Below, in pieces: positions 1 to 8,604 of a stretch of DNA of 30,503 nucleotides. How positions within the stretch are numbered: position 1 is the first letter of the stretch; each line of letters starts with the position of its first letter. The notes under the pieces were generated by a model. That model did no database searches. It was not told the DNA's origin and saw only the letters and a program-made list of their open reading frames with translations. A program made the position numbers and the translations under genes. Where the stretch lies: assembly GCA_965662845.1 (NCBI GenBank), contig CBFIJD010000021.1:20187-50689 (forward strand), read 5' to 3'. Origin of the DNA: an uncultured bacterium (GTDB taxonomy: Bacteria > SAR324 > NAC60-12).

Positions 1-1
1 G

Positions 2-1042
2 GTCGTGAGCTTCTCCTCTGGGATCGGGGCGTTCTTTGCGGGTGCGACTTTGGCCGCGTTGCCATATCGCCATGAGATCGAAGATAAGGTGGAGCCGCTG
101 AAGAGCTTTGGGGTCATCTTATTCTTCATCGCCTTGGGCTTTGACCTGCCGTTCTTGGACGGCGCCGCTATCGTGGCTGGCTTGGGACAAGGGATCGTCT
201 TGACCCTCTTCTTGGTCATTCTGACCGTACCGTTGATGCTGCTCTTGGGCTATCTCGCCAAGATGAAGGGGCGAGCCTCCTTTATGATTGGGGCCATCAT
301 CAACCAAAGCTCGGAATTCTCGCTCATGCTCGCGGTGATTTGTCGTGAGTTTGGCATCTTCAACGACGAGCTTTTCATCGTCGTGACTCTCGTCGTGTTG
401 CTCACCTTCTTCTTGTCTTCTCTGGGCCACCAGTTCTTGGAGCCGATGTATCAAGCGCTGCGCGCTCGCTTGATGTTCATTGACACCCACGCCCTCGCAG
501 AAGAAGAAGAACACGAAGAGCTAGAGCTTGAAAATCACGTGGTCATCCTCTCGTTCAACGACCTCGCGATGGAGATTGCAGACTTCTACGCGCAGCACGG
601 GCAGAAGGTTCTGTTGCTCGACTTGGATCCCGACATCACCGACTATTTCAAGAAGAACAAGCAGAGCTCCAACATCATCGCGAAGTACGCTGACATGCAA
701 GATCCTGATGTGTGGGAGCACTACGCATTTGAGAACGCTCGCGTGGTGATCTCGTGTATGGACGAAGGACAAGAAGCGGAGATCGCGATCTGTCACTACC
801 TCCACGAAAAGAGCGACCACGTACCGTTCCTGGCGGCGACCAGCTCACACGAAGAGGCCCTAGAGCTATACGAGGCGGGGGTGCGCTACGCGATTCAGAC
901 GGAATATCTCGCATCGAAGAGCTTCCGCGACATCTTTGCTACCGAAATGGAGAAAGATCCCAAAGAAGCTTTCCGCCAGATTGGTCAGGAGCACCAAGAA
1001 GCAACCAAACAGCTGAAAGAAGAGGCCGGCATTCTGGCCTGA
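2..1042 (+). CDS. CPA2/Kef-type cation:proton antiporter with C-terminal TrkA-N/KTN domain (5'-truncated by window edge)
   Basis: GAFFAG, 'FF.ALG' and QSSEF motifs, hydrophobic helices, then a Rossmann-like domain (HVVIL...LLDLDP...YAD). The frame is open from position 2 and aligns to the C-terminal part of the next ORF. Confidence 0.9.
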   Translation, partial: VVSFSSGIGAFFAGATLAALPYRHEIEDKVEPLKSFGVILFFIALGFDLPFLDGAAIVAGLGQGIVLTLFLVILTVPLMLLLGYLAKMKGRASFMIGAIINQSSEFSLMLAVICREFGIFNDELFIVVTLVVLLTFFLSSLGHQFLEPMYQALRARLMFIDTHALAEEEEHEELELENHVVILSFNDLAMEIADFYAQHGQKVLLLDLDPDITDYFKKNKQSSNIIAKYADMQDPDVWEHYAFENARVVISCMDEGQEAEIAICHYLHEKSDHVPFLAATSSHEEALELYEAGVRYAIQTEYLASKSFRDIFATEMEKDPKEAFRQIGQEHQEATKQLKEEAGILA

Positions 1043-1070
1043 TGTCCACCTAATTTACGCAATAGAGAGA

Positions 1071-2912
1071 ATGACTATGAATACTTGGCGAAAATTACGC
1101 ATGTCCCTCGGGGCACTGTTCGTCATGCTCTTCGTGATGGCACCGAACGCTCACGCGGCAGGTGGGGGGGCATTGATTATGTCCCTCGGCTTGTTGCTAG
1201 GGGCCGCTATGCTCATCGCGATGGTTTTGACGCGTTTTAATCAGCCTATCTTGCTCGCCTTCGTCGTCGCGGGCGCAGTAGGTGGCATTGTCGCTGGACG
1301 AGAGGTCTCGCTACAGGTCGTGCAAGGCCCACTCATTAGCGGATTCGCAGAGATCGGCATTGTGCTCCTGCTGTTCATGGCAGGGATGTCGGTCAACATC
1401 CGTGAGATCACCAACCGCAGCAAGCTGGTGTTCTACAACGGCCTTGTACAGTTGGCGATTGTGCTGCTGGCCTTCGCAGGCTTGATGTCTGGTCTTTTGG
1501 AAAACGTCGGCACCGAGGCGCTACTCTTCGTAGCGATCTGTCTCTCGCTGTCATCCACGTTGGTCGCGCAGAGCGCGTTAGAATACGCAGGCGCTCGGGG
1601 ATCACTGCACGGACAGCTGGCGACTGGGATCATGCTCCTTCACGACTTGATCGCCGTCGTCGCGATCGTGCTCCTCGAAGGTCAATTTCGTGATGCCGGT
1701 GGGGTTCAAGGTATGGGCATGGCAGTCGTCAAAATGTTCGTGCTGATGGCGGTGCTCTCCTCGCTCTCCCGCTACGTACTCAGCCCTGTCTTCAAGTACC
1801 TCGGCGAATCCCCTGAGCTGATGTTTGTCACCGCGCTCGGGTACTGTATGGGGGTCGCGGCGATCTGCGACACCATGGGCTTCTCTCAAGAGGCCGGCGC
1901 TTTCTTTGCTGGAGTCTTCCTCGGAATCATCCCGCAGAAGCTCGAAATTGAAGACAAGGTCAACCCCCTGAAGACCTTTGGGGTGATTCTGTTCTTCCTG
2001 ACCTTGGGCTTCCGCGTGGTCACCTTGGAAGAAGGTTCCCTGAGCAGCGCTCTTGGTTTGAGCGTCGTGCTCGCCGTTGTGGTCTTGCTCCTCAAGCCGA
2101 TCGCCACCTTGATCTCAGGTTGGGCTTCTCGCCTGAAGGGGCGCCCTGCGTTCTTGCTGGGCGGAACGATCAATCACGGCTCGGAGTTCTCTTTGATCAT
2201 TGCCCTGCTCTGTCGTGAGGTCGGCCTGTTCAGCGACTACATCTTTGCGCTCGTCACATTGACCGTGCTGCTGTCGATGTTCTTCGCGGCGATCAGCCAC
2301 CTGTATCTCGCACAGATGTACAACCTGCTCCGTGAGTCGCTCCGCTTCATTGACAAGCGCAGCGCCTCCACCGAGTTGGACCCGGAAGTGAAGCTGGAAG
2401 ATCACGTGATCATTCTGTCTTACAACGAGCTTTCTGCTGAAATCGCGGAGCACTACTCTGAGAAAGGAGAGAAGGTCTTGCTCATGGATCTTGATCCTGA
2501 GATCGTCTCGTTCTTCAGCAAGCAGGACAACAACATCGTTCCCCTCTATGCGGACATGGAAGATCCTGACGTCTGGGAGCAATTCGCTTTCGACAAGGCC
2601 CGCGTGATTGTTTCGTGTTTGGTAGAAGGGCAGGAAATGGAGCTAGGCATCGCGAAGTTCTTGGCCGAGCGAGCGCCGGAGGTTCCGTTTGTCGCCGCAA
2701 CCGACAACCACGAAGACACCCTCGAACTCTACGAAGCTGGAGTCCGCTATGTGATCACCACCGATCACTTAGCATCGAAGAGCTTCCGTCAAGTGTTTGA
2801 GGACGAGATCACGAAGGATCGCAAAGAGGCCTTCGCTCAGAAGGGCAAAGAGCACCTCGAAGCGACCCAGAAAATCAAAGAGGATTTGGGCGAGATCTTT
2901 AAGTTCGTCTGA
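1071..2912 (+). CDS. CPA2/Kef-type cation:proton antiporter with KTN domain, tandem paralog, with N-terminal signal-peptide-like leader
   Basis: AEIGIVLLLFMAG, LSSTLV, LLHD, GAFFAG and HGSEF motifs; many TM segments; C-terminal TrkA-N-like domain. Confidence 0.92.
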   Translation: MTMNTWRKLRMSLGALFVMLFVMAPNAHAAGGGALIMSLGLLLGAAMLIAMVLTRFNQPILLAFVVAGAVGGIVAGREVSLQVVQGPLISGFAEIGIVLLLFMAGMSVNIREITNRSKLVFYNGLVQLAIVLLAFAGLMSGLLENVGTEALLFVAICLSLSSTLVAQSALEYAGARGSLHGQLATGIMLLHDLIAVVAIVLLEGQFRDAGGVQGMGMAVVKMFVLMAVLSSLSRYVLSPVFKYLGESPELMFVTALGYCMGVAAICDTMGFSQEAGAFFAGVFLGIIPQKLEIEDKVNPLKTFGVILFFLTLGFRVVTLEEGSLSSALGLSVVLAVVVLLLKPIATLISGWASRLKGRPAFLLGGTINHGSEFSLIIALLCREVGLFSDYIFALVTLTVLLSMFFAAISHLYLAQMYNLLRESLRFIDKRSASTELDPEVKLEDHVIILSYNELSAEIAEHYSEKGEKVLLMDLDPEIVSFFSKQDNNIVPLYADMEDPDVWEQFAFDKARVIVSCLVEGQEMELGIAKFLAERAPEVPFVAATDNHEDTLELYEAGVRYVITTDHLASKSFRQVFEDEITKDRKEAFAQKGKEHLEATQKIKEDLGEIFKFV

Positions 2913-2922
2913 TTCTTGCTTT

Positions 2923-2956
2923 TGCTAGCGGCGCCCCTTGGGCGTCGCGGCATTTT
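2923..2956 (+). terminator. Probable intrinsic terminator after antiporter pair
   Basis: GCGGCGCCC-CTT-GGGCGTCGC hairpin (2928-2948, one G-U pair) followed by GGCATTTT. Confidence 0.6.
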
Positions 2957-2981
2957 CCTCACTCATTACCGACCTTCTCTC

Positions 2982-3368
2982 ATGCCCTCCGACTCACCAG
3001 CCCTCCTGCTCGTTGACGACTATCACTTCATCCGCAGCATCGTCGGCAAAATGCTCATTGCTCATGGATATACGAATGTTCATGAAGCTGAAGATGGACA
3101 AGAAGCGCTGGACAAGCTGCGCGAGCAAGCGTTTGCGCTCGTGATCACGGATCTCAACATGCCTGTGCTAGATGGAATTGAGCTCACCAAAGAGATGCGT
3201 CGAGATGAGAATTTGCAGCATATTCCCGTCTTGCTGATTTCTGGGGAAGAGAACACCAACGCCACTCAGAAGGCCAGAGAGGCCGGCGTCACGGAGTCGC
3301 TTTTGAAGCCTTTCACACCAGAACAGCTCGTCAAATGCGTAGGTGAACTCTTGGAACCTCCCGCTTAA
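2982..3368 (+). CDS. Single-domain CheY-like response regulator
   Basis: LLVDD, ITDLNMP (phosphoacceptor Asp), LIS and KP motifs. ATG 2982 preferred over TTG 2916, which spans the terminator. Confidence 0.92.
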   Translation: MPSDSPALLLVDDYHFIRSIVGKMLIAHGYTNVHEAEDGQEALDKLREQAFALVITDLNMPVLDGIELTKEMRRDENLQHIPVLLISGEENTNATQKAREAGVTESLLKPFTPEQLVKCVGELLEPPA

Positions 3369-3377
3369 CACCCCCTC

Positions 3378-3530
3378 ATGTTCAAGATTGTCATTGGTCT
3401 GGTCATTCTCCCAGCGATCATCGGCTTCTTTCTCTCCCGTCTTGACCTCCCCGCTCTGAAACTACTCGGTTACACCCTGTTGATTGGCCCCCCAGCGATT
3501 GCGCTCACGCTGCTGTTCGACCTAATTTGA
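3378..3530 (+). CDS. Putative 50-aa two-TM small membrane protein (not in ORF track)
   Basis: ATG 3378 to TGA 3530 reads MFKIVIGLVILPAIIGFFLSRLDLPALKLLGYTLLIGPPAIALTLLFDLI and fills the gap between neighbouring genes. Confidence 0.6.
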   Translation: MFKIVIGLVILPAIIGFFLSRLDLPALKLLGYTLLIGPPAIALTLLFDLI

Positions 3531-3992
3531 CTGGGTGATTTCGGTGAAAACCCGCCACAGATAGTCCGCCTCTTGTAGACCTTCCAAGACCCCAATCCGC
3601 TCGCCTGTGGCATCGAAAAAGACGAGTGTGACGCTCCCTACTTGGTTGGTTTCGGCAAACGCAGCCCCTGCAGGAGTGCTCAAGTCGACCATCAAAAAGA
3701 CCATCTGCTCTTCAAACTCGGGCCGCAGCTGCTCGACCATGCGTCGCAGTTGGCGACAGGAGGTGCAAGTGGGATCAAACGCCTGAACGACGCTGGGCAG
3801 TCCTTGGCCGATCCTAGAGAGATCCATTTCTTGCTGTTCGGTGCGATGTTCCTGCCAGAAGGTCAAGAGCGCGCCCACTAAGACGACCAAGGTCATCACG
3901 GTGGAACCAATCGCGGCTCGTTTTTTGAGATAACGCTTGGCGCTTTGTTGCTCTGCTGCGGACGTCAGTCCATCTCTTGTTCCCACATCCAC
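3522..3992 (-). CDS. Membrane-anchored thioredoxin-fold protein (CxxC)
   Basis: N-terminal TM, VVQAFDPTCTSC, 'FLMVDL', 'VTLVFFD..G'. The start may be GTG 3986, which follows GAGGAG. Confidence 0.8.
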   Translation of the reverse strand: MDVGTRDGLTSAAEQQSAKRYLKKRAAIGSTVMTLVVLVGALLTFWQEHRTEQQEMDLSRIGQGLPSVVQAFDPTCTSCRQLRRMVEQLRPEFEEQMVFLMVDLSTPAGAAFAETNQVGSVTLVFFDATGERIGVLEGLQEADYLWRVFTEITQSN

Positions 3993-4357
3993 TCCTCTGC
4001 TTCAAAGTCTTCCGGAGGCGATCCCTGCTGTTGCGGCAAGGATTGCAGGGCCTGTTGCCGCATTTGTTGCATAGCCTGTGTGTAAGATGATTCCGTGAAT
4101 AGTTCGACTTGCTGCGCCTGATAGGGAGCATGACGGCGCGCTTCTTTTTCAATCTGCAGATGACAACGCGCACAAAGAGGGATCAGGTTCTCTAGCTGGT
4201 TATTGCTTGGATTTTCGTCAATGTGATGCACCTGCAAATCGGTTGCGGTCTCCTCATGCCCATGGTGCAGACAGCGCGCACAGCAATTTTGAAACAGTTC
4301 CCGCACACAACGAGACATCGTCGCCCACTCCGCGTGGTAGCGTTCATCTAGCGCCAT
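3965..4357 (-). CDS. Small HNH endonuclease-domain protein
   Basis: CARC...LQVHHID.N..NN...NLIPLCARCH. Start uncertain (ATG 4357 or up to 4417). Confidence 0.85.
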   Translation of the reverse strand: MALDERYHAEWATMSRCVRELFQNCCARCLHHGHEETATDLQVHHIDENPSNNQLENLIPLCARCHLQIEKEARRHAPYQAQQVELFTESSYTQAMQQMRQQALQSLPQQQGSPPEDFEAEEWMWEQEMD

Positions 4358-4454
4358 CGACCACCCGCATTGGTTTCCGGCTTTACGACCGCTGTGAATT
4401 CGTATATACATGCGCACAATTTTGTCACAGACTCTCTAACAGGAAGGTTTTTTT

Positions 4455-4874
4455 ATGAGTGTAAATCGACAGGAATTTCTAGATATCATCGCGATTGTCA
4501 GTCACTTAGCCCGCGCCGATGGAAAGATGGCGGAGCCCGAGAAGAAGGTCTTGATGACGCTGTTCAAAGCGATCAGCATCACGAAAGCAGAACAAGCCGA
4601 GATGAAGGCCAAGACCTCCATCGGAGAGATGCTAGGAGAGATTCAGTCCGACAGCGCCAAGCACGCTTTGATTGACACCCTCGCGCTCGTCGCCGGAGCC
4701 GACGGCGTGTTTGAAGACGAAGAGCGGGCCTTCATCACTAAGATCATGAAAAAGCTCAGCATTGACCCCGCCGAGCATCCTTATTTCCAAGACGGCGGCA
4801 ACCTTGACATCAAGACCGTCCGCGCCAACGTCAAGCAAATCCTCGAGAGCGTCAAAGCGGCGTCTCAAGAGTGA
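4455..4874 (+). CDS. TerB-family (tellurite resistance-like) protein
   Basis: Two ADG....E motifs (LARADGKMAEPE; VAGADGVFEDEE); AGGAAGG upstream of the start. Confidence 0.85.
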   Translation: MSVNRQEFLDIIAIVSHLARADGKMAEPEKKVLMTLFKAISITKAEQAEMKAKTSIGEMLGEIQSDSAKHALIDTLALVAGADGVFEDEERAFITKIMKKLSIDPAEHPYFQDGGNLDIKTVRANVKQILESVKAASQE

Positions 4875-5749
4875 GTCTCCTCCTCCTCTTCCTCTAAGTT
4901 CTGATCCAGCAGTTGACGGAGCCAGCGCACATGCTTCGGCGTGGTGTGCGGCCCCAAGCCCAACATGGCAACCTCGGCCCGCAACAGCCGCTCCGCTTTG
5001 CGCTGGAACCAGGAGCTGGGCCCGGTCTCTTCCCCTTGCGGCACCTCTCCCAAAATCACGCTCACCACGCCACAATGTTCGACTAACTCTTGCACATACT
5101 CTTCTAGTTTGGGCTGCAGTGGAGAGGCTTCGAGGCCGATGAAAGTCTGTCCGCGCCGCACCAACCCAATCAGCTCGGGCAGTTGCTCGTGATATTCTTG
5201 GTCGGGTTCCAGCGACAGATGGAGCACGGTCTCACGCACAAAACTACGCCGCGCGATCTGGGCGACGTGGGCCAATTCTTCCCAACGTGTGAACCCCGCA
5301 CACCACAAGAAGTTCGCGCCTGTGTCTGACAAGTAGACCACCTGCGGTCCATAAGCCTGTTCTCGTAAGGGCTCTGGCAGAACCTGAGTGCTTTTCACTT
5401 GCTGCAGCACCCCTGCGGTGATCACTCCTGTTCCCAGCGCCTCGCGCAAGAGGGCCATGCCGTTGTTGTTGATCGCCTCCGTTCGGTCTTCAACGCCGTG
5501 CTGTGTCAGCTCTGGCAATGTCGCGCCTGCTGTGTTTGTGCGGAAAAAGTCGGCGCCTGAGCGTTGATAGCTCTTGTGCGCGGCGCGCACCCAGTCCATT
5601 TGCTGGATATTGGCGAGACAAGCCGGTTGCTCTGAGGTCAGGCCGAACCGCTCGAGTACCGGCCGCAGGCTTCCATCACTGATGACGGGAGCCTCTGTTT
5701 CTAACCAAGACAGGATCGAAAATGGGGTCGATTCCTCAGAATTTGGCAT
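4865..5749 (-). CDS. Homocysteine S-methyltransferase-fold protein lacking Zn-binding cysteines
   Basis: ISDG, H..Y..SGAD...TNT.GA, IN..G..L.R and TTP.HV match the MetH/BHMT N-terminal domain. GLNC is replaced by GLEA and GGCCG by GLGPH. Confidence 0.8.
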   Translation of the reverse strand: MPNSEESTPFSILSWLETEAPVISDGSLRPVLERFGLTSEQPACLANIQQMDWVRAAHKSYQRSGADFFRTNTAGATLPELTQHGVEDRTEAINNNGMALLREALGTGVITAGVLQQVKSTQVLPEPLREQAYGPQVVYLSDTGANFLWCAGFTRWEELAHVAQIARRSFVRETVLHLSLEPDQEYHEQLPELIGLVRRGQTFIGLEASPLQPKLEEYVQELVEHCGVVSVILGEVPQGEETGPSSWFQRKAERLLRAEVAMLGLGPHTTPKHVRWLRQLLDQNLEEEEEETHS

Positions 5750-5933
5750 GATAATTCGTAAATGAAGGCCTAAATGGGCTAAGTCCCTCTGAAGGCTTGT
5801 TTTTTAGAAGTACCCAGATAGGATGTTGGGCGTTTGTGCTGTTCAGCCAGCATTCCTTTGATTTGTCAACGAAGAGGGGTGATCTCGTCAAATTGCAACA
5901 CAACTATTGTCAACTTCTTGCGAGAGTGAATCG

Positions 5934-6746
5934 ATGAAAAATCGACTGTTTTCCTTGTTCATCCCTGCAATCGCTGCCCTCACTGTAGCGTGTACCAGCA
6001 CATCTCAAAGCACCCCGGAGCCCTCGGTTGCACCCCAAGCAGCAAGCGAAACCTCGATGGCCGACTGGAGCTATCGTGGTCAAGGGGGACCTGAAAACTG
6101 GGGCTCTTTAAGTGAAGACTTCGCCCAGTGCGACACAGGGCGTCTCCAATCACCGGTAGATCTGATCACCGCCCAGAGCGAGTCTCGCCTGCCAGAGCTG
6201 CAGGTGGCGAACGAGGCCTTCCCGGTCACCGCAGTCAACGACGGGCGCGTTTTGACCGTCGATGTCCCAGCAGGCTATAGCTTCCTGCGCTTGCTGGATG
6301 AGCAATATGAATTGACCCAGATGCAGTTCCACCAGCCGAGTGAGCACCGCATTGACAACCTGCCTTTCGATATGGAAATCCAGTTGGTCTATCGCTCAAC
6401 CTCGGGCACCTATGGAGTGGTTGGAATTTTCGTGCAGAAAGGGGTGCGGGATCACGCAGAAATCGCGAAGATTTGGAAGAATATGCCCGTGGAAGATGGT
6501 CAGCCTGTCACCATGAGCGAGGCCTTCGACATCAACGCAATTCTGCCAGAAGACAAGTCCTACTATCAGTACTTCGGTTCGCTCACCACGCCCCCTTGCA
6601 CCGGCGGTGTTGCTTGGGCAGTGATGCGCCAGCCCATCGTGATGTCAGAGCAGCAAATCCTCAATTTCCGAGGCTTGTTTGGTGACAACGTACGGCCATT
6701 GCAAGACATCGCGAACCGCCGCATTAAGTTCAAGCGATCGATGTGA
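5934..6746 (+). CDS. Alpha-carbonic anhydrase-fold lipoprotein, probably acatalytic (CARP-like)
   Basis: Lipobox LTVAC, WSY.G..GPENW, QSPVD, PSEH, GSLTTPPC, N.RP.Q. Zn-site segments read QMQFH and EIQLV instead of QFHFH and ELHLV. Confidence 0.9.
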   Translation: MKNRLFSLFIPAIAALTVACTSTSQSTPEPSVAPQAASETSMADWSYRGQGGPENWGSLSEDFAQCDTGRLQSPVDLITAQSESRLPELQVANEAFPVTAVNDGRVLTVDVPAGYSFLRLLDEQYELTQMQFHQPSEHRIDNLPFDMEIQLVYRSTSGTYGVVGIFVQKGVRDHAEIAKIWKNMPVEDGQPVTMSEAFDINAILPEDKSYYQYFGSLTTPPCTGGVAWAVMRQPIVMSEQQILNFRGLFGDNVRPLQDIANRRIKFKRSM

Positions 6747-6755
6747 TCCTTCTCG

Positions 6756-6778
6756 CGCAGCCCCACGCTGGGGTTGCG
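6756..6778. terminator. Hairpin between convergent CA-like gene and glmS (possible bidirectional terminator)
   Basis: CGCAGCCCCA-CGC-TGGGGTTGCG 10-bp stem; no clear U-tract. Confidence 0.55.
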
Positions 6779-6782
6779 GTCC

Positions 6783-8603
6783 CTACCCTACCGTCACAGA
6801 CTTGGCCAAGTTCCTCGGCTTGTCGATGTTCCTGCCTAGATCCAAAGCTGCATAATACGACAACAACTGCGCCAGACACATCTCGAGCAAAGGCGCGAGC
6901 CACGGATGCGGTTTCGGCATTTCGATCGCGTAATCCAGCACACCTCGACCATGGCGGTCGCCCTCAAAAACAAAACCAGCTAACGTCCCACCGCGCGTTT
7001 TGATCTCTTCCATCGCAATCAGGGTGCGCTTGTGAAGCTCGGTCTGCTCTTGCATCGGCACAAAAAACAGCGAATGCACAGACTTCTCAATCATCGAGAG
7101 GGTTCCGTGCTTCAGGAAACCTGCGGGCATGCCCTCAGCGTGCTGATAGGTCACCTCTTTCATCTTGAGCGCCGACTCCATCGCCACGGGATAATAGACG
7201 CCACAGCCCAAGAAGAGCCAGTGTTGCACCTTGCTGGTAGCGCGCGCGAGGTTCCTGAGAAAGCCGGACTGCTCATTTAACGTATCTTGCAGCAGCTGCG
7301 GAAAAGCGTCCAAAGCCTGCTCGAATTCCTTGATGTCTCCAGCCTTGAGGGTGTTGTTCTGCCGCCCTGTTTCCACCGCCAGCTTCAGCAAAATCACCGT
7401 CTGCGCTAGCGCCGCTTTGGTAGAGACCACACAAATCTCTGGGCCAGAGCCCTGCAAGATCACTTGATCGACCTGCATGCTAATCGAAGAGCCCATCACG
7501 TTGACAATCGCCGCGGTCTGTGCGCCCCGCTGCTGCGAGAAACTCAGCGCCTGCTTGGTGTCATAGGTCTCGCCAGATTGCGACACTGCCACAACCAAAT
7601 CTCCAGAGCGAACCTCGGCAATCTCACAAAATTCATCAGAGCTGATCGCCGGAAAGTAGCGACCGCTGAGCTGTGAGAAGAAATACTGCGCGAGCTGAGC
7701 AACATAGAAGGTGGTGCCGACCCCCATCAGATACGACTGCGGAGCCTCGACAAACTTACGCGCTAGCTGCTGAAGCTCCGTTGTGGGGATCTTGAGGGCC
7801 TGTTGAATCGTCTGAGGTTCATCAAAGATCTCTTTGAGCATGTAGTGCGCAAACCCTCCCTTGCGGGTCGTCTCTGCGTCCCAGTCGATGTGCAAGATGC
7901 TTTTTTCGATCACTTCATTTGTCGACAGACTGCGCACTTCATAGTCGTTTTGCGTCATCACGACGTACTCGTTGTCGTCCAAAATCACGGCGCGGCGTGT
8001 GTATTCTAAGAAGGCGTTGATGTCCGAGCCGACATAGTTGCTCCCTTCGCCCAAGCCCAAAATCAGCGGAGAGTCTCGCTTTGCGCAGAACAGTTTGTCC
8101 GGCTCATGGGCAGAGATCATCACCAAGGCGAAAGAGCCTTCCATCCGCGCCAGCGCCTGCAGAAACGCCTGCTGCGTATCTTGCGTTCGTTCAAACGCTT
8201 GGGCGACTAAGTGCACAAACACTTCTGAGTCGGTCATGGAGCGAAACGTCACCCCACATTGCTGAAGTTCTTCCCGCAACGGTTGATAGTTGGAGAAGAT
8301 CCCGTTGTGCACAATCGCAAAGTCGCCTTGTGTTGAGAGGTGCGGGTGTGAATTCGCTTGGCTGACCTCACCGTGCGTTGCCCAGCGGGTGTGCGCAATT
8401 CCGGCGTTGCCGTTCATTTGTGTCAGCCGCTCCTTGCGGTTGACTTCTTCCACACCGCCGCTGTTTTTGCGCGCCACAATTTTCCCTCGATGCAGCAGCG
8501 CCATCCCGCAGGAGTCGTAGCCACGGTATTCCAGATTCCGAATCGAAGCGTACAGCGCGTGCGCCACATTTTTGGCGTTGATCATTCCACTGATGCCACA
8601 CAT
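6783..8603 (-). CDS. glmS: Glutamine--fructose-6-phosphate aminotransferase (isomerizing)
   Basis: MCGI start at 8603 (catalytic Cys1), LEYRGYDS, HTRWATHG, HNG, SQSGET, ALKMKE, PRNLAKSVTV. Confidence 0.97.
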   Translation of the reverse strand: MCGISGMINAKNVAHALYASIRNLEYRGYDSCGMALLHRGKIVARKNSGGVEEVNRKERLTQMNGNAGIAHTRWATHGEVSQANSHPHLSTQGDFAIVHNGIFSNYQPLREELQQCGVTFRSMTDSEVFVHLVAQAFERTQDTQQAFLQALARMEGSFALVMISAHEPDKLFCAKRDSPLILGLGEGSNYVGSDINAFLEYTRRAVILDDNEYVVMTQNDYEVRSLSTNEVIEKSILHIDWDAETTRKGGFAHYMLKEIFDEPQTIQQALKIPTTELQQLARKFVEAPQSYLMGVGTTFYVAQLAQYFFSQLSGRYFPAISSDEFCEIAEVRSGDLVVAVSQSGETYDTKQALSFSQQRGAQTAAIVNVMGSSISMQVDQVILQGSGPEICVVSTKAALAQTVILLKLAVETGRQNNTLKAGDIKEFEQALDAFPQLLQDTLNEQSGFLRNLARATSKVQHWLFLGCGVYYPVAMESALKMKEVTYQHAEGMPAGFLKHGTLSMIEKSVHSLFFVPMQEQTELHKRTLIAMEEIKTRGGTLAGFVFEGDRHGRGVLDYAIEMPKPHPWLAPLLEMCLAQLLSYYAALDLGRNIDKPRNLAKSVTVG

Positions 8604-8604
8604 A

